Source of the DNA: an uncultured bacterium
GTDB lineage: Bacteria; Actinomycetota; Acidimicrobiia; Spongiisociales; UBA5794
Reading direction: 5' to 3'
Length of the DNA stretch: 64,000 bases
Assembly: GCA_963801165.1 (NCBI GenBank)
Contig: CAWDDT010000011.1
Coordinates: 384,001-448,000 of the forward strand
The notes below the pieces were generated by a model. That model made no database searches. It had not been told where the DNA came from and was given only the letters and a program-made list of their open reading frames with translations. This document shows, piece by piece, positions 39,241 through 47,967 of the stretch (its first letter is position 1; each line of letters opens with the position of its first letter). The position numbers and the translations under genes were made by a program.

Positions 39241-39724
39241 CGCCTGAGGTCACTCCCGTCTACTGGTCGCTCTCTGGTTAGCCGACGCACTCGAGGGCGT
39301 CTCAATTCGGCGTCTGGATTCATGGCCATGACCAACTCGGTCGCTGACATGGGCAACGGGTCGGTCTCGGGGTCGGGCTTCTCCCGGAGCACCATCAGAG
39401 CCTCGGGAAGATCCGGGTGATTCTCCGCCAACCATTGGTTGAACGAACCGAGCACAGGAACGTAGCCATCCATCTCTCCGGCAACCCCTGGGACTCGATG
39501 GCGCTGATGAAGTCGTCGGTGAACAGGTTCACCTGCCAGTTGGCTTCCAGCAACCCGGAGCCCAGCGCTCCGGCGGCTTGCAGAATCCGATTGGTGTTGG
39601 GGGTCGGGGTTGGCGACCACGCAGGTCTGGGACCGCTGAGTAGCCGGCAGGATTAGCCGCGTCGTGGTTCGACGCTCTCAACGAAGACCGGCAACTCGTT
39701 TGCCCGCTCGTGCTCTGAGACCAT

Positions 39725-39788
39725 GTCCCTCTCGTGTGGCGTCCCTCTCGTGTGGCGTCCCTCTCGTGTGGCGTCCCTCTCGTGTGGC
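39725..39788. repeat. Tandem repeat, 4 x 16 bp
   Basis: gtccctctcgtgtggc repeated exactly four times. Confidence 0.95.
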
Positions 39789-39974
39789 TTCACCCATCAG
39801 TGCCGCGACGAGCTCGAGCGGATGACAGGGAAGCTGAGATTGGGGGGACGAGTGAAACGCGCTCTCGCCGGCTGTGGATCTACCAACTGGGAGTCCGCAG
39901 AGATACCGGCGGCTTCGCCGCAGGCACCCCTTACCGCCAGAGCACTGGCTGAGTTTGGCACGAGGTCGAACGCA

Positions 39975-40022
39975 AATCTCAAGGAAGCTGAATCTCAAGG
40001 AAGCTGAATCTCAACGAAGCTG
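39975..40022. repeat. Tandem repeat, 3 x 16 bp
   Basis: aatctcaaggaagctg x2 plus aatctcaacgaagctg. Confidence 0.95.
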
Positions 40023-40039
40023 AGGCAGGGACTAGCGAT

Positions 40040-40273
40040 CTATTGATGGATGGTGGCTACCGGGGTCGAGCGGTTGCGCATCTCGGCTGCGCTCACCAGG
40101 ACCGAGGCACGGAACTCGATGATCCGATCGGCGACGACCTCGGGATCGTCGGCAACGACGATGCGCCTGCCGTCGACCAGGGTCAACACCGTGTCGGGTG
40201 TCGCCTCGATCGACTCGATGAGGTCGGCATTGAGGAACATCGGCTCACCTCGAAGTCGATGCACGGCGATCAT
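40040..40273 (-). CDS. flbD: Flagellar FlbD/SwrD family protein
   Basis: MIAVHRLRG..FLNADLIESIEATPDTVLTLVDG; directly downstream of flgE. Confidence 0.92.
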   Translation of the reverse strand: MIAVHRLRGEPMFLNADLIESIEATPDTVLTLVDGRRIVVADDPEVVADRIIEFRASVLVSAAEMRNRSTPVATIHQ

Positions 40274-40321
40274 TTCGTCGTCTCCTTGCCGGGCTGGGTG
40301 CAGCCCTCTAGCTTGTGCCTA

Positions 40322-40348
40322 CTGTCGGCCGGTCCCCCGTGGGATTAA
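40322..40348 (-). promoter_or_regulatory. Sigma28-like promoter, flbD
   Basis: TTAA-N15-GCCGACAG. Confidence 0.7.
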
Positions 40349-40396
40349 CCGCCAACCCTGGTCGGGGCCCCGTCACGGCGGGGCCCGTCATTGAAA

Positions 40397-41623
40397 CTAC
40401 CGCTTGATATTCACCAGATCGGCCAACACCTCGTCGGAGGCGGTGATCACCCGGCTGTTGGCCTGGAAACCGCGCTGGGCGATGATCAGGTTGGTGAACT
40501 CCTGCGCCAGATCGACGTTGCTCATCTCGAGAGCACCCGAGGCAAGCGTCCCGCGGTTGCCGTTGCCCGGCGCACCAATGAGTGGTTGACCGGAGTTCAC
40601 GGACGCCTCAAAGCGGGTCTCGCCGGACCGGATCAGACCGGACGGGTTGTTGAAGGTTGCGGTGGCGATCATGGCCAACACCTTCGTCTCACCGTTGGAG
40701 AACTGGCCGCTGATCGTGCCGTTGGCCGCAATGGCGAAGTCGGTGAGGAAGCCAATGGCATTGCCGTTCTGGTCGACGCTCTCTGCGCTCGAGTTGCCAC
40801 CGAACTGAACCAGCGGCGAGTTGCTGTCGAGTACCAAGTCGAGACCGAGCGGCGAGGCGCCCGGAGGCGTGTAGCCGCTGACCGCGATCGTGCCGGTGCT
40901 GGTCAGCTCGCCGTTGGAGTCAAAAGTCACCGAGGTCGAGCCAAGCGTGAGGTTGGTGCCGTTCATCGACGCCGATACGTCCCACGTGTTCGCTGAGGTC
41001 TTCTCGAATTGGACCATCAGCTCCTGGGGCTCACCGAGTGAGTCGTAGACCACGATCGAGGTGGTGTGGGTGTCCCCGATCACGGCATCGGCCGACAGGT
41101 TGCCCCCGACGTGCACGGTCGAGGTCTCGACGGGCTCGATCACCTGGGCGAGAGGCAGCTTGATCGACTGAACGGCGGTCTGGGTCTCGACGCTGCCGTC
41201 GGCGGCGGCGAGCCAACCCTGGACGAGCTGGCCACCCGGCGCCACCAGGTTGCCGGACTCGTCCCAGCGGAACGTTCCGGCCCGGGTGAACTGCCGTCCG
41301 GAAGCGGCCTCGAGGACGAAGAAGCCGTCGCCCTCGATGGCAATGTCCGTAGGACGGCCGGTGATCTGAATGGCACCCTGAGTGAAGACGCCATCGATGG
41401 AAGCGACCTGGACACCGAGCCCGATCTGGAGGGGGTTGGTACCGCCGGACTCGACACCGGCACCAGCCGGGCCCTGCAGCGTTTGCGCCATCGCCTCACC
41501 GAAGGTGATTTGGGCGCTCTTGAATCCTGCCGTGTTGACATTGGCGATGTTGTTGCCCACCACGTCCATCATGGTTTGGTGGGAACGAAGACCGGATACA
41601 CCGGCAAACATCGAACGCATCAT
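40397..41623 (-). CDS. flgE: Flagellar hook protein FlgE
   Basis: MRSMFAGVSGL, GNNIANVNTAGFK, TRAG, LEMSNVDLAQEFTNLIIAQRGFQAN. Confidence 0.96.
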   Translation of the reverse strand: MMRSMFAGVSGLRSHQTMMDVVGNNIANVNTAGFKSAQITFGEAMAQTLQGPAGAGVESGGTNPLQIGLGVQVASIDGVFTQGAIQITGRPTDIAIEGDGFFVLEAASGRQFTRAGTFRWDESGNLVAPGGQLVQGWLAAADGSVETQTAVQSIKLPLAQVIEPVETSTVHVGGNLSADAVIGDTHTTSIVVYDSLGEPQELMVQFEKTSANTWDVSASMNGTNLTLGSTSVTFDSNGELTSTGTIAVSGYTPPGASPLGLDLVLDSNSPLVQFGGNSSAESVDQNGNAIGFLTDFAIAANGTISGQFSNGETKVLAMIATATFNNPSGLIRSGETRFEASVNSGQPLIGAPGNGNRGTLASGALEMSNVDLAQEFTNLIIAQRGFQANSRVITASDEVLADLVNIKR

Positions 41624-41669
41624 GTTGCATCACCCCTAGTGTGATGTCACTCCGTCCGTAGATGGCTGA

Positions 41670-41787
41670 GCCACCACATCCGTGGGCGGCGTCTGTTTGC
41701 AAGCGCAGCAGCCGGTCACCGCTGGAGTCGCGCCCCGGGCACAACGTCGCTCGCCAAACACCGTCGGCGAAGCCACCCCGGGGTTAA
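41670..41787 (-). promoter_or_regulatory. Sigma28-like promoter and CsrA-type hairpin in flgE leader
   Basis: TTAA-N15-GCCGACGG (41761-41787); GCCGCCCACGGAUGUGGUGGC (41670-41690). Confidence 0.7.
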
Positions 41788-41802
41788 GCAGTGTCGGGAG
41801 AA

Positions 41803-42423
41803 TCAGGAGGAGCTGGCGTGGCGAATGACCGGAGTGCCCGGCACCGCCGTGGCGCGGGCCTCGATCAGCCGGTTCATCACCTCGGGGGGGTCCACACGGG
41901 CAGCGGTGCTGCAGAGCACGACGGTGAAAGCGGGAACGAGAAAGAACTCTTCGCCGTCGTCGAGCGTCAGTGGTGTCGAGTCGAGCGCCCTCTCGATCCG
42001 GGCCACCACGGGAGCGACCCCGTCGTCGGACATCATCGGCATGACCGACACGAACCCGTCTTCATCGATCCGACCAACCGTATCGAGCTGACGGACCGCG
42101 GCGCCCACGAGCGAGCCGGCGTGGCGCATGGCTTCTTCGAGTGCCCGCCGCCCCCGCTCCGCGGAGATGCGAGGGAACGCAGGGAAACCGACGTGCATCA
42201 ATCCGAAAGCCTCACCCGAACGCGAGTACCGGGCTGCCGCTTTCTGTAACTGGGCGGCTATCCCGTTGCTGTTCGGCAGCCCGGTGACGATGTCGGTCGA
42301 CGTGAGCATGTCGAGCTGAAGCCGGAGCACACCGTTGTCGGCTTCGGCCTCTTCCAGCCTCGCCTCGAGGTGCGCGATACGCTCCTCGGCGCCTTCACCT
42401 TTCGTGGTGCCACCCGGGTTCAT
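41803..42423 (-). CDS. Coiled-coil plus degenerate GGDEF domain protein
   Basis: DIVTGLPN; RQLD at the I-site position; GRIDEDGF in place of GRxGGDEF. Confidence 0.8.
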   Translation of the reverse strand: MNPGGTTKGEGAEERIAHLEARLEEAEADNGVLRLQLDMLTSTDIVTGLPNSNGIAAQLQKAAARYSRSGEAFGLMHVGFPAFPRISAERGRRALEEAMRHAGSLVGAAVRQLDTVGRIDEDGFVSVMPMMSDDGVAPVVARIERALDSTPLTLDDGEEFFLVPAFTVVLCSTAARVDPPEVMNRLIEARATAVPGTPVIRHASSS

Positions 42424-42469
42424 CAGCTCCCCAATCCGTTGGCTGAAAGTTACCAGTGCGATAGCCGTA

Positions 42470-42571
42470 CATTCGGCACCGCGATCGCCCACCTTGAGCA
42501 TATCGGACGGCGGTTCCCAGGCTCAAAGAAACCCCCGCCGACACTTAACCGACGGCCCCTTCCGCCGACTG
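42470..42571. promoter_or_regulatory. Divergent pair of sigma28-like promoters (GGDEF gene and flgN-flgK operon)
   Basis: Minus strand TCAA-N16-GCCGAATG (42470-42497); plus strand TTAA-N15-GCCGACTG (42545-42571). Confidence 0.7.
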
Positions 42572-42579
42572 GTTTTCCA

Positions 42580-43080
42580 ATGGCTACATCAACCGGATTC
42601 ACCCACATGTCCGAGCTGGCAGACACCCTGTGGTACGAGCGGGGCCTGCTCGAGTACCTGCTGTTCAAGCTGGTGTCGGCCAACCTCGTGCTGATCGCCG
42701 ACGATCGCCGCTTCGTAGGACCGGCCATTGCCGAGGTGGAAGCAGTGATGAAGGAGATACGGCGAGCCGAGGAGCAACGCAGCCTGGTTGTTGCGAAGGT
42801 AGCCGAGGAGTACGACGTACCGCACCGCGCGGTAGGGCTCGCCTTTCTCGCCGAAAACGCCCCCGCCTCGCTCCGAGCCGTCTTCGAGGATCACATGACC
42901 CGTTTCATGGATCTCGTCAATGAGATCGAAACCCTCACCAAGGCGAACCAGCGTCTGGCCAGGGTCGCCCTCGACGGCATCCGGGGGACCCTCGGGTTCG
43001 CCGGCGGTGACATCTACGACGCGGCCGGAAGGGCCACCAGGACTCCCGACCATCCGCTCCGAGTGGACCAGGTGCTCTGA
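42580..43080 (+). CDS. flgN: FlgN-family export chaperone (actinobacterial type)
   Basis: LADTLWYERGLLEYLLFKL, EVEAV, YDAAG; immediately upstream of flgK. Confidence 0.82.
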   Translation: MATSTGFTHMSELADTLWYERGLLEYLLFKLVSANLVLIADDRRFVGPAIAEVEAVMKEIRRAEEQRSLVVAKVAEEYDVPHRAVGLAFLAENAPASLRAVFEDHMTRFMDLVNEIETLTKANQRLARVALDGIRGTLGFAGGDIYDAAGRATRTPDHPLRVDQVL

Positions 43081-44447
43081 TGAGTGACTTCATATCGCTA
43101 TACACGGCATTCAGCGGTTTGACCGCCGCTCAGGCTGGTATCGATACAGCGTCAAATAACGTGGCCAACGCCTCGAACCCCGGCTACACCCGACAGCAGG
43201 TCGACCTCGTCAGCCGAGACCCCTATTACCGCCGCTACGGGGTGGTGGGCCAGGGCGTCGATGTCGCCGGCATCACCCGTGCCCGGGTCGCAGGTCTCGA
43301 TGCCCAGGTCCGGCTGTCTTCGAGCGCCCAGGGGCGTCTCGACACCCTTGCCGACCTGCTCGCCGGTACCGAATCGGTGATGGGGGAACCGAACTCCGGG
43401 ATAACCTCGTCGATGACCGGCCTGTGGAGTGCCCTCGACGAGCTACAGCTCGATCCTCCCAACGCCTCCGCCCGACAACACGTGATCTCGGCGCTCGGCG
43501 ACGTTGCCAGGACCATCAACAGCGTATCCGACAAGTGGAAGATCGAGGAGACCACGGCTTCCGATTCACTCTCCAGCTACGTCGACAAGACAAACGACAT
43601 GCTGCGAGACCTCGCCGATCTCAACAAGCAGATCCTCAACGCCGGTGCGTTTCGGGGTGATCCAAACGCTCTCCTCGACCAACGCGATGACCTCCTCGAC
43701 AAGCTCGCCGGGCTCGCAGGCGTCTCTGTCACCATCGCCGACAACGGTGCGGCCCGGGTCAGCCTGAACGGGCTGGCGCTGGTGTCCGACACGGTGGTTA
43801 GCCCGCTCTCGTACAACGAGACGACCCACGAGATAAGCCATTCCTCGGGAGCCGTCGTCAAAGCGGGTGGGGATCTGGCCGGCTACCAGAGCTACCTCCA
43901 GACCGAGCTTCCCCGGTTTGTCGACGCCCTCAATTCATTCGCCAAGGACCTCGCCAACGCGCTGAACGCCCAGCACGCCGCCGGGTATACCCCGGATGGG
44001 TCGTCGGGCGGCGACCTCCTCGGCTTTGCCGTAGGGGACGAAGCGGCCACCTTGACCGTGGCCGTCTCGAACGCCTCCGAGATCGCGGCCGCGGGCTCCG
44101 GCGCCCCGGTCGCCGACTACGACGGCTTGAACGCCGAGGCGCTTTCCCAGCTCAGACAGACTCTGAGTGCAGCCGGCGGCACGACCAATCTCGACGACTC
44201 ACTCCGCGACGTGATATCGCTTGTCGGGGAGATGACGGCGGCGGCTGCCACGGGGGCAAGGAGCCAAGCCGCCCTCACCAGCGCCGCAGAGAACTCGCGG
44301 ATGCAGGCACACGGTGTCTCGATCGACGAGGAGATGGTGAATCTGATCACCTACCAGCGTGCCTACGAAGCCGCCGCCAGGGTGATGACGGCGGTCGACC
44401 AGAACCTCGACACATTGATCAACCGGACCGGCATGGTGGGGAGGTAG
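43080..44447 (+). CDS. flgK: Hook-associated protein FlgK
   Basis: NNVANASNPGYTRQ, LLDQRD, GVSIDEEMVNLITYQRAYEAAARV. Confidence 0.96.
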   Translation: MSDFISLYTAFSGLTAAQAGIDTASNNVANASNPGYTRQQVDLVSRDPYYRRYGVVGQGVDVAGITRARVAGLDAQVRLSSSAQGRLDTLADLLAGTESVMGEPNSGITSSMTGLWSALDELQLDPPNASARQHVISALGDVARTINSVSDKWKIEETTASDSLSSYVDKTNDMLRDLADLNKQILNAGAFRGDPNALLDQRDDLLDKLAGLAGVSVTIADNGAARVSLNGLALVSDTVVSPLSYNETTHEISHSSGAVVKAGGDLAGYQSYLQTELPRFVDALNSFAKDLANALNAQHAAGYTPDGSSGGDLLGFAVGDEAATLTVAVSNASEIAAAGSGAPVADYDGLNAEALSQLRQTLSAAGGTTNLDDSLRDVISLVGEMTAAAATGARSQAALTSAAENSRMQAHGVSIDEEMVNLITYQRAYEAAARVMTAVDQNLDTLINRTGMVGR

Positions 44448-44449
44448 CC

Positions 44450-45334
44450 ATGCGTGTAACCCACCTCGGAGCACACCAGGCAGCCCTTGAAAGGCTCGGC
44501 AGCCGGCTGTCCGAATACACGGCAACCCAGGACCGGCTTTCCACGGGCAAGAAACTGACCCGATCCTCCGACGACCCAATCGGCATGAACCGGGCGCTCG
44601 AGCTGAGGGCGACTCTCGCCGCCCGGCAGCAAGAGACCCGCAACGCCGACGACGGCAAGATGTGGCTGGACCTCGCCGACACCACTCTCCAGGACGTGGT
44701 CACCCAGATCCAGCGAGCGCGCGAGCTGGCGGTGCGCGGCTCGACCTCAGTGGGGCCACAGGAACGGGAGGCGATCGCCCTGGAGGTGAGTCACCTCCGC
44801 GACGACATCGTCTCGCTGGCCAACGCGAAGCACCAGGGCCGCGGCCTGTTCTCCGGGTTCAGTTCGGGTGATGCTGTCCAGAAGATCGCAGGCAACTGGA
44901 CGTACACCGGAGACACCGGTCAGATCAATCGCCGGGTCGGGGAGAACGAGGTCGTCACGGTGAACGTCACCGGCGACGTAGCCCTCGGATTCTCGGCAGG
45001 CGACGATATCTTCACGGTGCTCGACAACCTCGAGGCGTCGTTGTATGCGAACGACACAACGGGAATCGAGACCTCTATCGCCGACCTCGATTCGAGCCTG
45101 GACACGGTGCTCGGCGGTCTTGGGACGATCGGCGCCCGCACCAACCAGGTGGAAGCCGCGCTCGGACGCACCCAGCACGACATCCAGTCGATCACCGACC
45201 AGCTCTCCTCGATCGAGGACGTAGACATAGCAGAAGCGGTCATGGACCTGCAGCTTCAGAAAACCGCATACGAGGCTGCGCTGGCGGCGTTCTCGCAGTC
45301 ATCGCGGACCTCACTGCTCGACTTCCTCTACTAG
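44450..45334 (+). CDS. flgL: Hook-associated protein FlgL
   Basis: LSTGKKLTRSSDDP, IEDVDIAE, YEAAL, SLLDFL. Confidence 0.95.
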   Translation: MRVTHLGAHQAALERLGSRLSEYTATQDRLSTGKKLTRSSDDPIGMNRALELRATLAARQQETRNADDGKMWLDLADTTLQDVVTQIQRARELAVRGSTSVGPQEREAIALEVSHLRDDIVSLANAKHQGRGLFSGFSSGDAVQKIAGNWTYTGDTGQINRRVGENEVVTVNVTGDVALGFSAGDDIFTVLDNLEASLYANDTTGIETSIADLDSSLDTVLGGLGTIGARTNQVEAALGRTQHDIQSITDQLSSIEDVDIAEAVMDLQLQKTAYEAALAAFSQSSRTSLLDFLY

Positions 45335-45397
45335 ACGTCTCCGCCTACAGCGTGGGACTAACTCGTTGTTTCGAGTTGCCGGATTAACCTATCCCCA

Positions 45398-45832
45398 ATG
45401 ACCGACGAGCCGACAAGAGATCAGAGAGAGCACAAAGCGGTTCTCGAGAAGGCGCTGCACTTCCCCGACGGCCTGCCCGGTCTGCCGGATCTCGAGAATT
45501 TCGTCATCGTCGAGCTGCGGGAGGACGGGGCTTTCCAACAGCTGCAGAGCCTCGACAACATCGATGTGTCGATAGTCGTGTGTGTACCCTGGCTCTTCTT
45601 TCCAGACTACGCCCCGGCGCTTTCCGACATCGAGCAGGCCGAGCTCGGGCTGGAGAAGCCCGACGAGGCCATACTGTTCGTACCGGTTTCGATCGATCCG
45701 GACAGCCACCAGATCTTCCTCAACTTGCTGGGCCCGTTTGTCGTCAACTCGAGAACCCACAAGGGTCGGCAACTGGTGCTGACCGGGACCAGCTACACGA
45801 CACGGACGCCGATCGAACTGCCGGGGACCTGA
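45398..45832 (+). CDS. fliW: Flagellar assembly factor FliW
   Basis: FPDGLPGL, LQSLD, PWLFFPDY, NLLGPFVVN..GRQLVL. Confidence 0.92.
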   Translation: MTDEPTRDQREHKAVLEKALHFPDGLPGLPDLENFVIVELREDGAFQQLQSLDNIDVSIVVCVPWLFFPDYAPALSDIEQAELGLEKPDEAILFVPVSIDPDSHQIFLNLLGPFVVNSRTHKGRQLVLTGTSYTTRTPIELPGT

Positions 45833-46059
45833 TGCTTGTACTGACACGAAGGCCAGGGGAATCGATCATCGTCGGCGAGAACATCGTGGTGACGGTCATC
45901 GAGATCAAGGGCGGCCAGGTACGTATCGGGATCGACGCCCCGCGTGAGGTGGACGTCTACCGCGAGGAGATTTACGAGCAGGTCAAGCAGGAGAACCTGT
46001 CGGCAATCGCCAACGCCGAGCAGATCCGGCGCGCGGTCCAGGATCCTTCCACGCCGTAG
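45832..46059 (+). CDS. csrA: Carbon storage regulator CsrA
   Basis: MLVLTRRPGESIIVG, VRIGIDAPR, YREEIY, plus C-terminal ENLSA extension typical of FliW-partnered CsrA. Confidence 0.96.
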   Translation: MLVLTRRPGESIIVGENIVVTVIEIKGGQVRIGIDAPREVDVYREEIYEQVKQENLSAIANAEQIRRAVQDPSTP

Positions 46060-46125
46060 CGCTGACGGCGGGCCAACACGAAACCCACCGTCGGTAGAGT
46101 TCGAGTTGTCCACCCAGGAGGTTCC

Positions 46126-46809
46126 ATGCGCAAGGCGCTGTCTGTAGCTTCTCTGGCGATCGCGTTGACACTGCTCGGCTCGGGCATCGCGTTCGCCGCG
46201 CACCAGTTCACCGACGTCCCCGACGGTCACGTGTTCCACAGCGATATCTCGTGGCTGGCCGATCACGGGATCACCAAGGGCTGTAACCCGCCGGGCAACG
46301 ACGAATACTGCCCCGATGATGCCGTCACCCGTGGGCAGATGGCGGCGTTCTTGCACCGGTTCGGTGACATCGACATCTCGACCACCATCGCCATCGACCA
46401 GTTCGGTTTCACCCCGGTTCGCGACAACCACACTTTCCTCGACTACGACTACCAGGCGGCGGGGAATCTCGGTCGATACTCGACAGACATTCTCGGGGCA
46501 TCCGTCCCGGTTCCCGACGGGGCGACAATCACCGGGCTCTCGGCAACGTTTTGCGACTCGACATCCATGGACGACTACGTCGCCCGGCTCCTCCGCCGAC
46601 CAGACCCAGCCGTTAGCGCGCCTGCCGAGGTTCTGGCTGAGGTGAGCAGCTCGGGCGCAGACTGTGCGATGACGGTGTCGACAACATCGATCAACGACCC
46701 GGAGGTCGACACCTCCGCCTATTCGTACGCCATTTTGATCACCAGCGCCACCGGGAACGTCAACATCCGCCGGGCAACGGTCACCTACGACATGCCGCTC
46801 GTGCCGTAG
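46126..46809 (+). CDS. Secreted S-layer homology (SLH) domain protein
   Basis: Signal peptide ending AFA, FTDVPDGHVFHSDISWL..GITKGC..YCPDDAVTRGQMAAFL. Confidence 0.85.
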   Translation: MRKALSVASLAIALTLLGSGIAFAAHQFTDVPDGHVFHSDISWLADHGITKGCNPPGNDEYCPDDAVTRGQMAAFLHRFGDIDISTTIAIDQFGFTPVRDNHTFLDYDYQAAGNLGRYSTDILGASVPVPDGATITGLSATFCDSTSMDDYVARLLRRPDPAVSAPAEVLAEVSSSGADCAMTVSTTSINDPEVDTSAYSYAILITSATGNVNIRRATVTYDMPLVP

Positions 46810-46818
46810 GCGTGGGTG

Positions 46819-47343
46819 CTACGCGTTGTAGTCGAAGAAAGACGACGATGTCGCCGGGGGCGTAGTGAGTCCGATGGCGTCATAGCCGGAACGACCGAAG
46901 GCCGTAGGTTCGACGCGATCGATCGCCCTGGTGATATTGTCGATCCTCTCGACCACCATGCGCGAGCCCAACTCCTGCAGCTCCTTGATCTCGTCCATCG
47001 TGGCGACCATGCGCCGCTTGAGGCCCTCGAGTGGCGCAACCGCCAGGTCGGGGGCATATGCGATGAGCTGGGTGAGGGTCAGGCTGTCGTTGGCGAGCCC
47101 GAGGGCGGCGGTGACATCGCCGACCAGCATCGACCTGGCCACCTCGAGGGCACCGAGGTCGTCACGGATGGCATCGATCTCGTCGAAGATCTTGGGAAGA
47201 AACCGGGACTCGTCGGCTCGGGCCAGCATCTCCGCCTGCGTCAGCTTGAAGGTCAGCCGCTCCAGAATCGACAACTCGCGATTGAGTACGCCGACGAGAG
47301 CGATGTAGCGCTCATTGATGAGGAGTTTCACTGAGGTTGCCAT
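46819..47343 (-). CDS. Second FlgN-family protein
   Basis: LVGVLNRELSILERLTFKL aligns by eye with the flgN at 42580; YDAIG near the C-terminus. Confidence 0.7.
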   Translation of the reverse strand: MATSVKLLINERYIALVGVLNRELSILERLTFKLTQAEMLARADESRFLPKIFDEIDAIRDDLGALEVARSMLVGDVTAALGLANDSLTLTQLIAYAPDLAVAPLEGLKRRMVATMDEIKELQELGSRMVVERIDNITRAIDRVEPTAFGRSGYDAIGLTTPPATSSSFFDYNA

Positions 47344-47382
47344 GGCATGCTCCGCACGCTCAACTTCCGGCCGTCTTCGATC

Positions 47383-47451
47383 CTGTCGGCACCCGATCGA
47401 GCCGAATAAGGACTGTCGTGGCGCTTAGGCAGGCGCCCGATCGGTCGACAG
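47383..47451. promoter_or_regulatory. Divergent pair of sigma28-like promoters
   Basis: Minus strand TTAT-N15-GCCGACAG (47383-47409); plus strand TTAG-N15-GTCGACAG (47425-47451). Confidence 0.6.
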
Positions 47452-47457
47452 GATGGG

Positions 47458-47700
47458 GGTCCACCCGCACGGAGGCGGGCAGCGAGGTACAAGGAGGTAC
47501 GTCCCGCAAGGACCCGTTGTCCATCAGGCTGCTGCCGTCCGTCTTCACAGACGGAGTTTCGGAGTCCTCAGCGGCTCCATCCGTCTTCAACCGCCAACCG
47601 TGACGACGCCCGGCGGCAGCCGGCAACGGACATGGTGCCGGGGTAAGCGATGGTCCCCTCACACCGCCGTTGGTGGATCGTTGAGCCCCGGCACCAAGAA
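47458..47700 (+). ncRNA. Candidate CsrA-binding small RNA
   Basis: Hairpins CCCGC-ACGGAG-GCGGG, GUAC-AAGGAG-GUAC, CCGGCA-ACGGACAUGG-UGCCGG; further GGA motifs; 11-bp stem 47633-47643/47686-47696; no convincing ORF. Confidence 0.45.
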
Positions 47701-47730
47701 ACCCTCGCCGGATCAGCCCTTCTGCCCTGC

Positions 47731-47967
47731 TCAGTCGTTTGCCCGTCGTTGCGGGCGCTCCGCTCCCTGACGCTCCATGGAACCGGCCATCGCAGACAGC
47801 CCGATCCTTCCGATCAGTCTGACCACGACCACAGCACCAAACGTCATCCCCGCCCTGATGGCCGCGTCGACGATATCCAGATCCCCCGAAGCGACGCCGT
47901 AGGCGATGAGCCCGATGGCGATCAGACCCAGCATGGCCGCGAGCCGGTTGATCGGATTGCCGCTCAT
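47731..47967 (-). CDS. Small two-TM membrane protein
   Basis: ATGA-coupled to the upstream gene; two hydrophobic segments. Confidence 0.7.
   Translation of the reverse strand: MSGNPINRLAAMLGLIAIGLIAYGVASGDLDIVDAAIRAGMTFGAVVVVRLIGRIGLSAMAGSMERQGAERPQRRAND

Noticed and set aside
39725-40022. Tandem repeats as a CRISPR array
   Set aside because: Units are 16 bp and contiguous with no spacers; no cas genes in the window
42580-43080. RsiG-type c-di-GMP anti-sigma factor
   Set aside because: No E-x3-S-x2-R-x3-Q-x3-D motif seen; sequence and position fit FlgN
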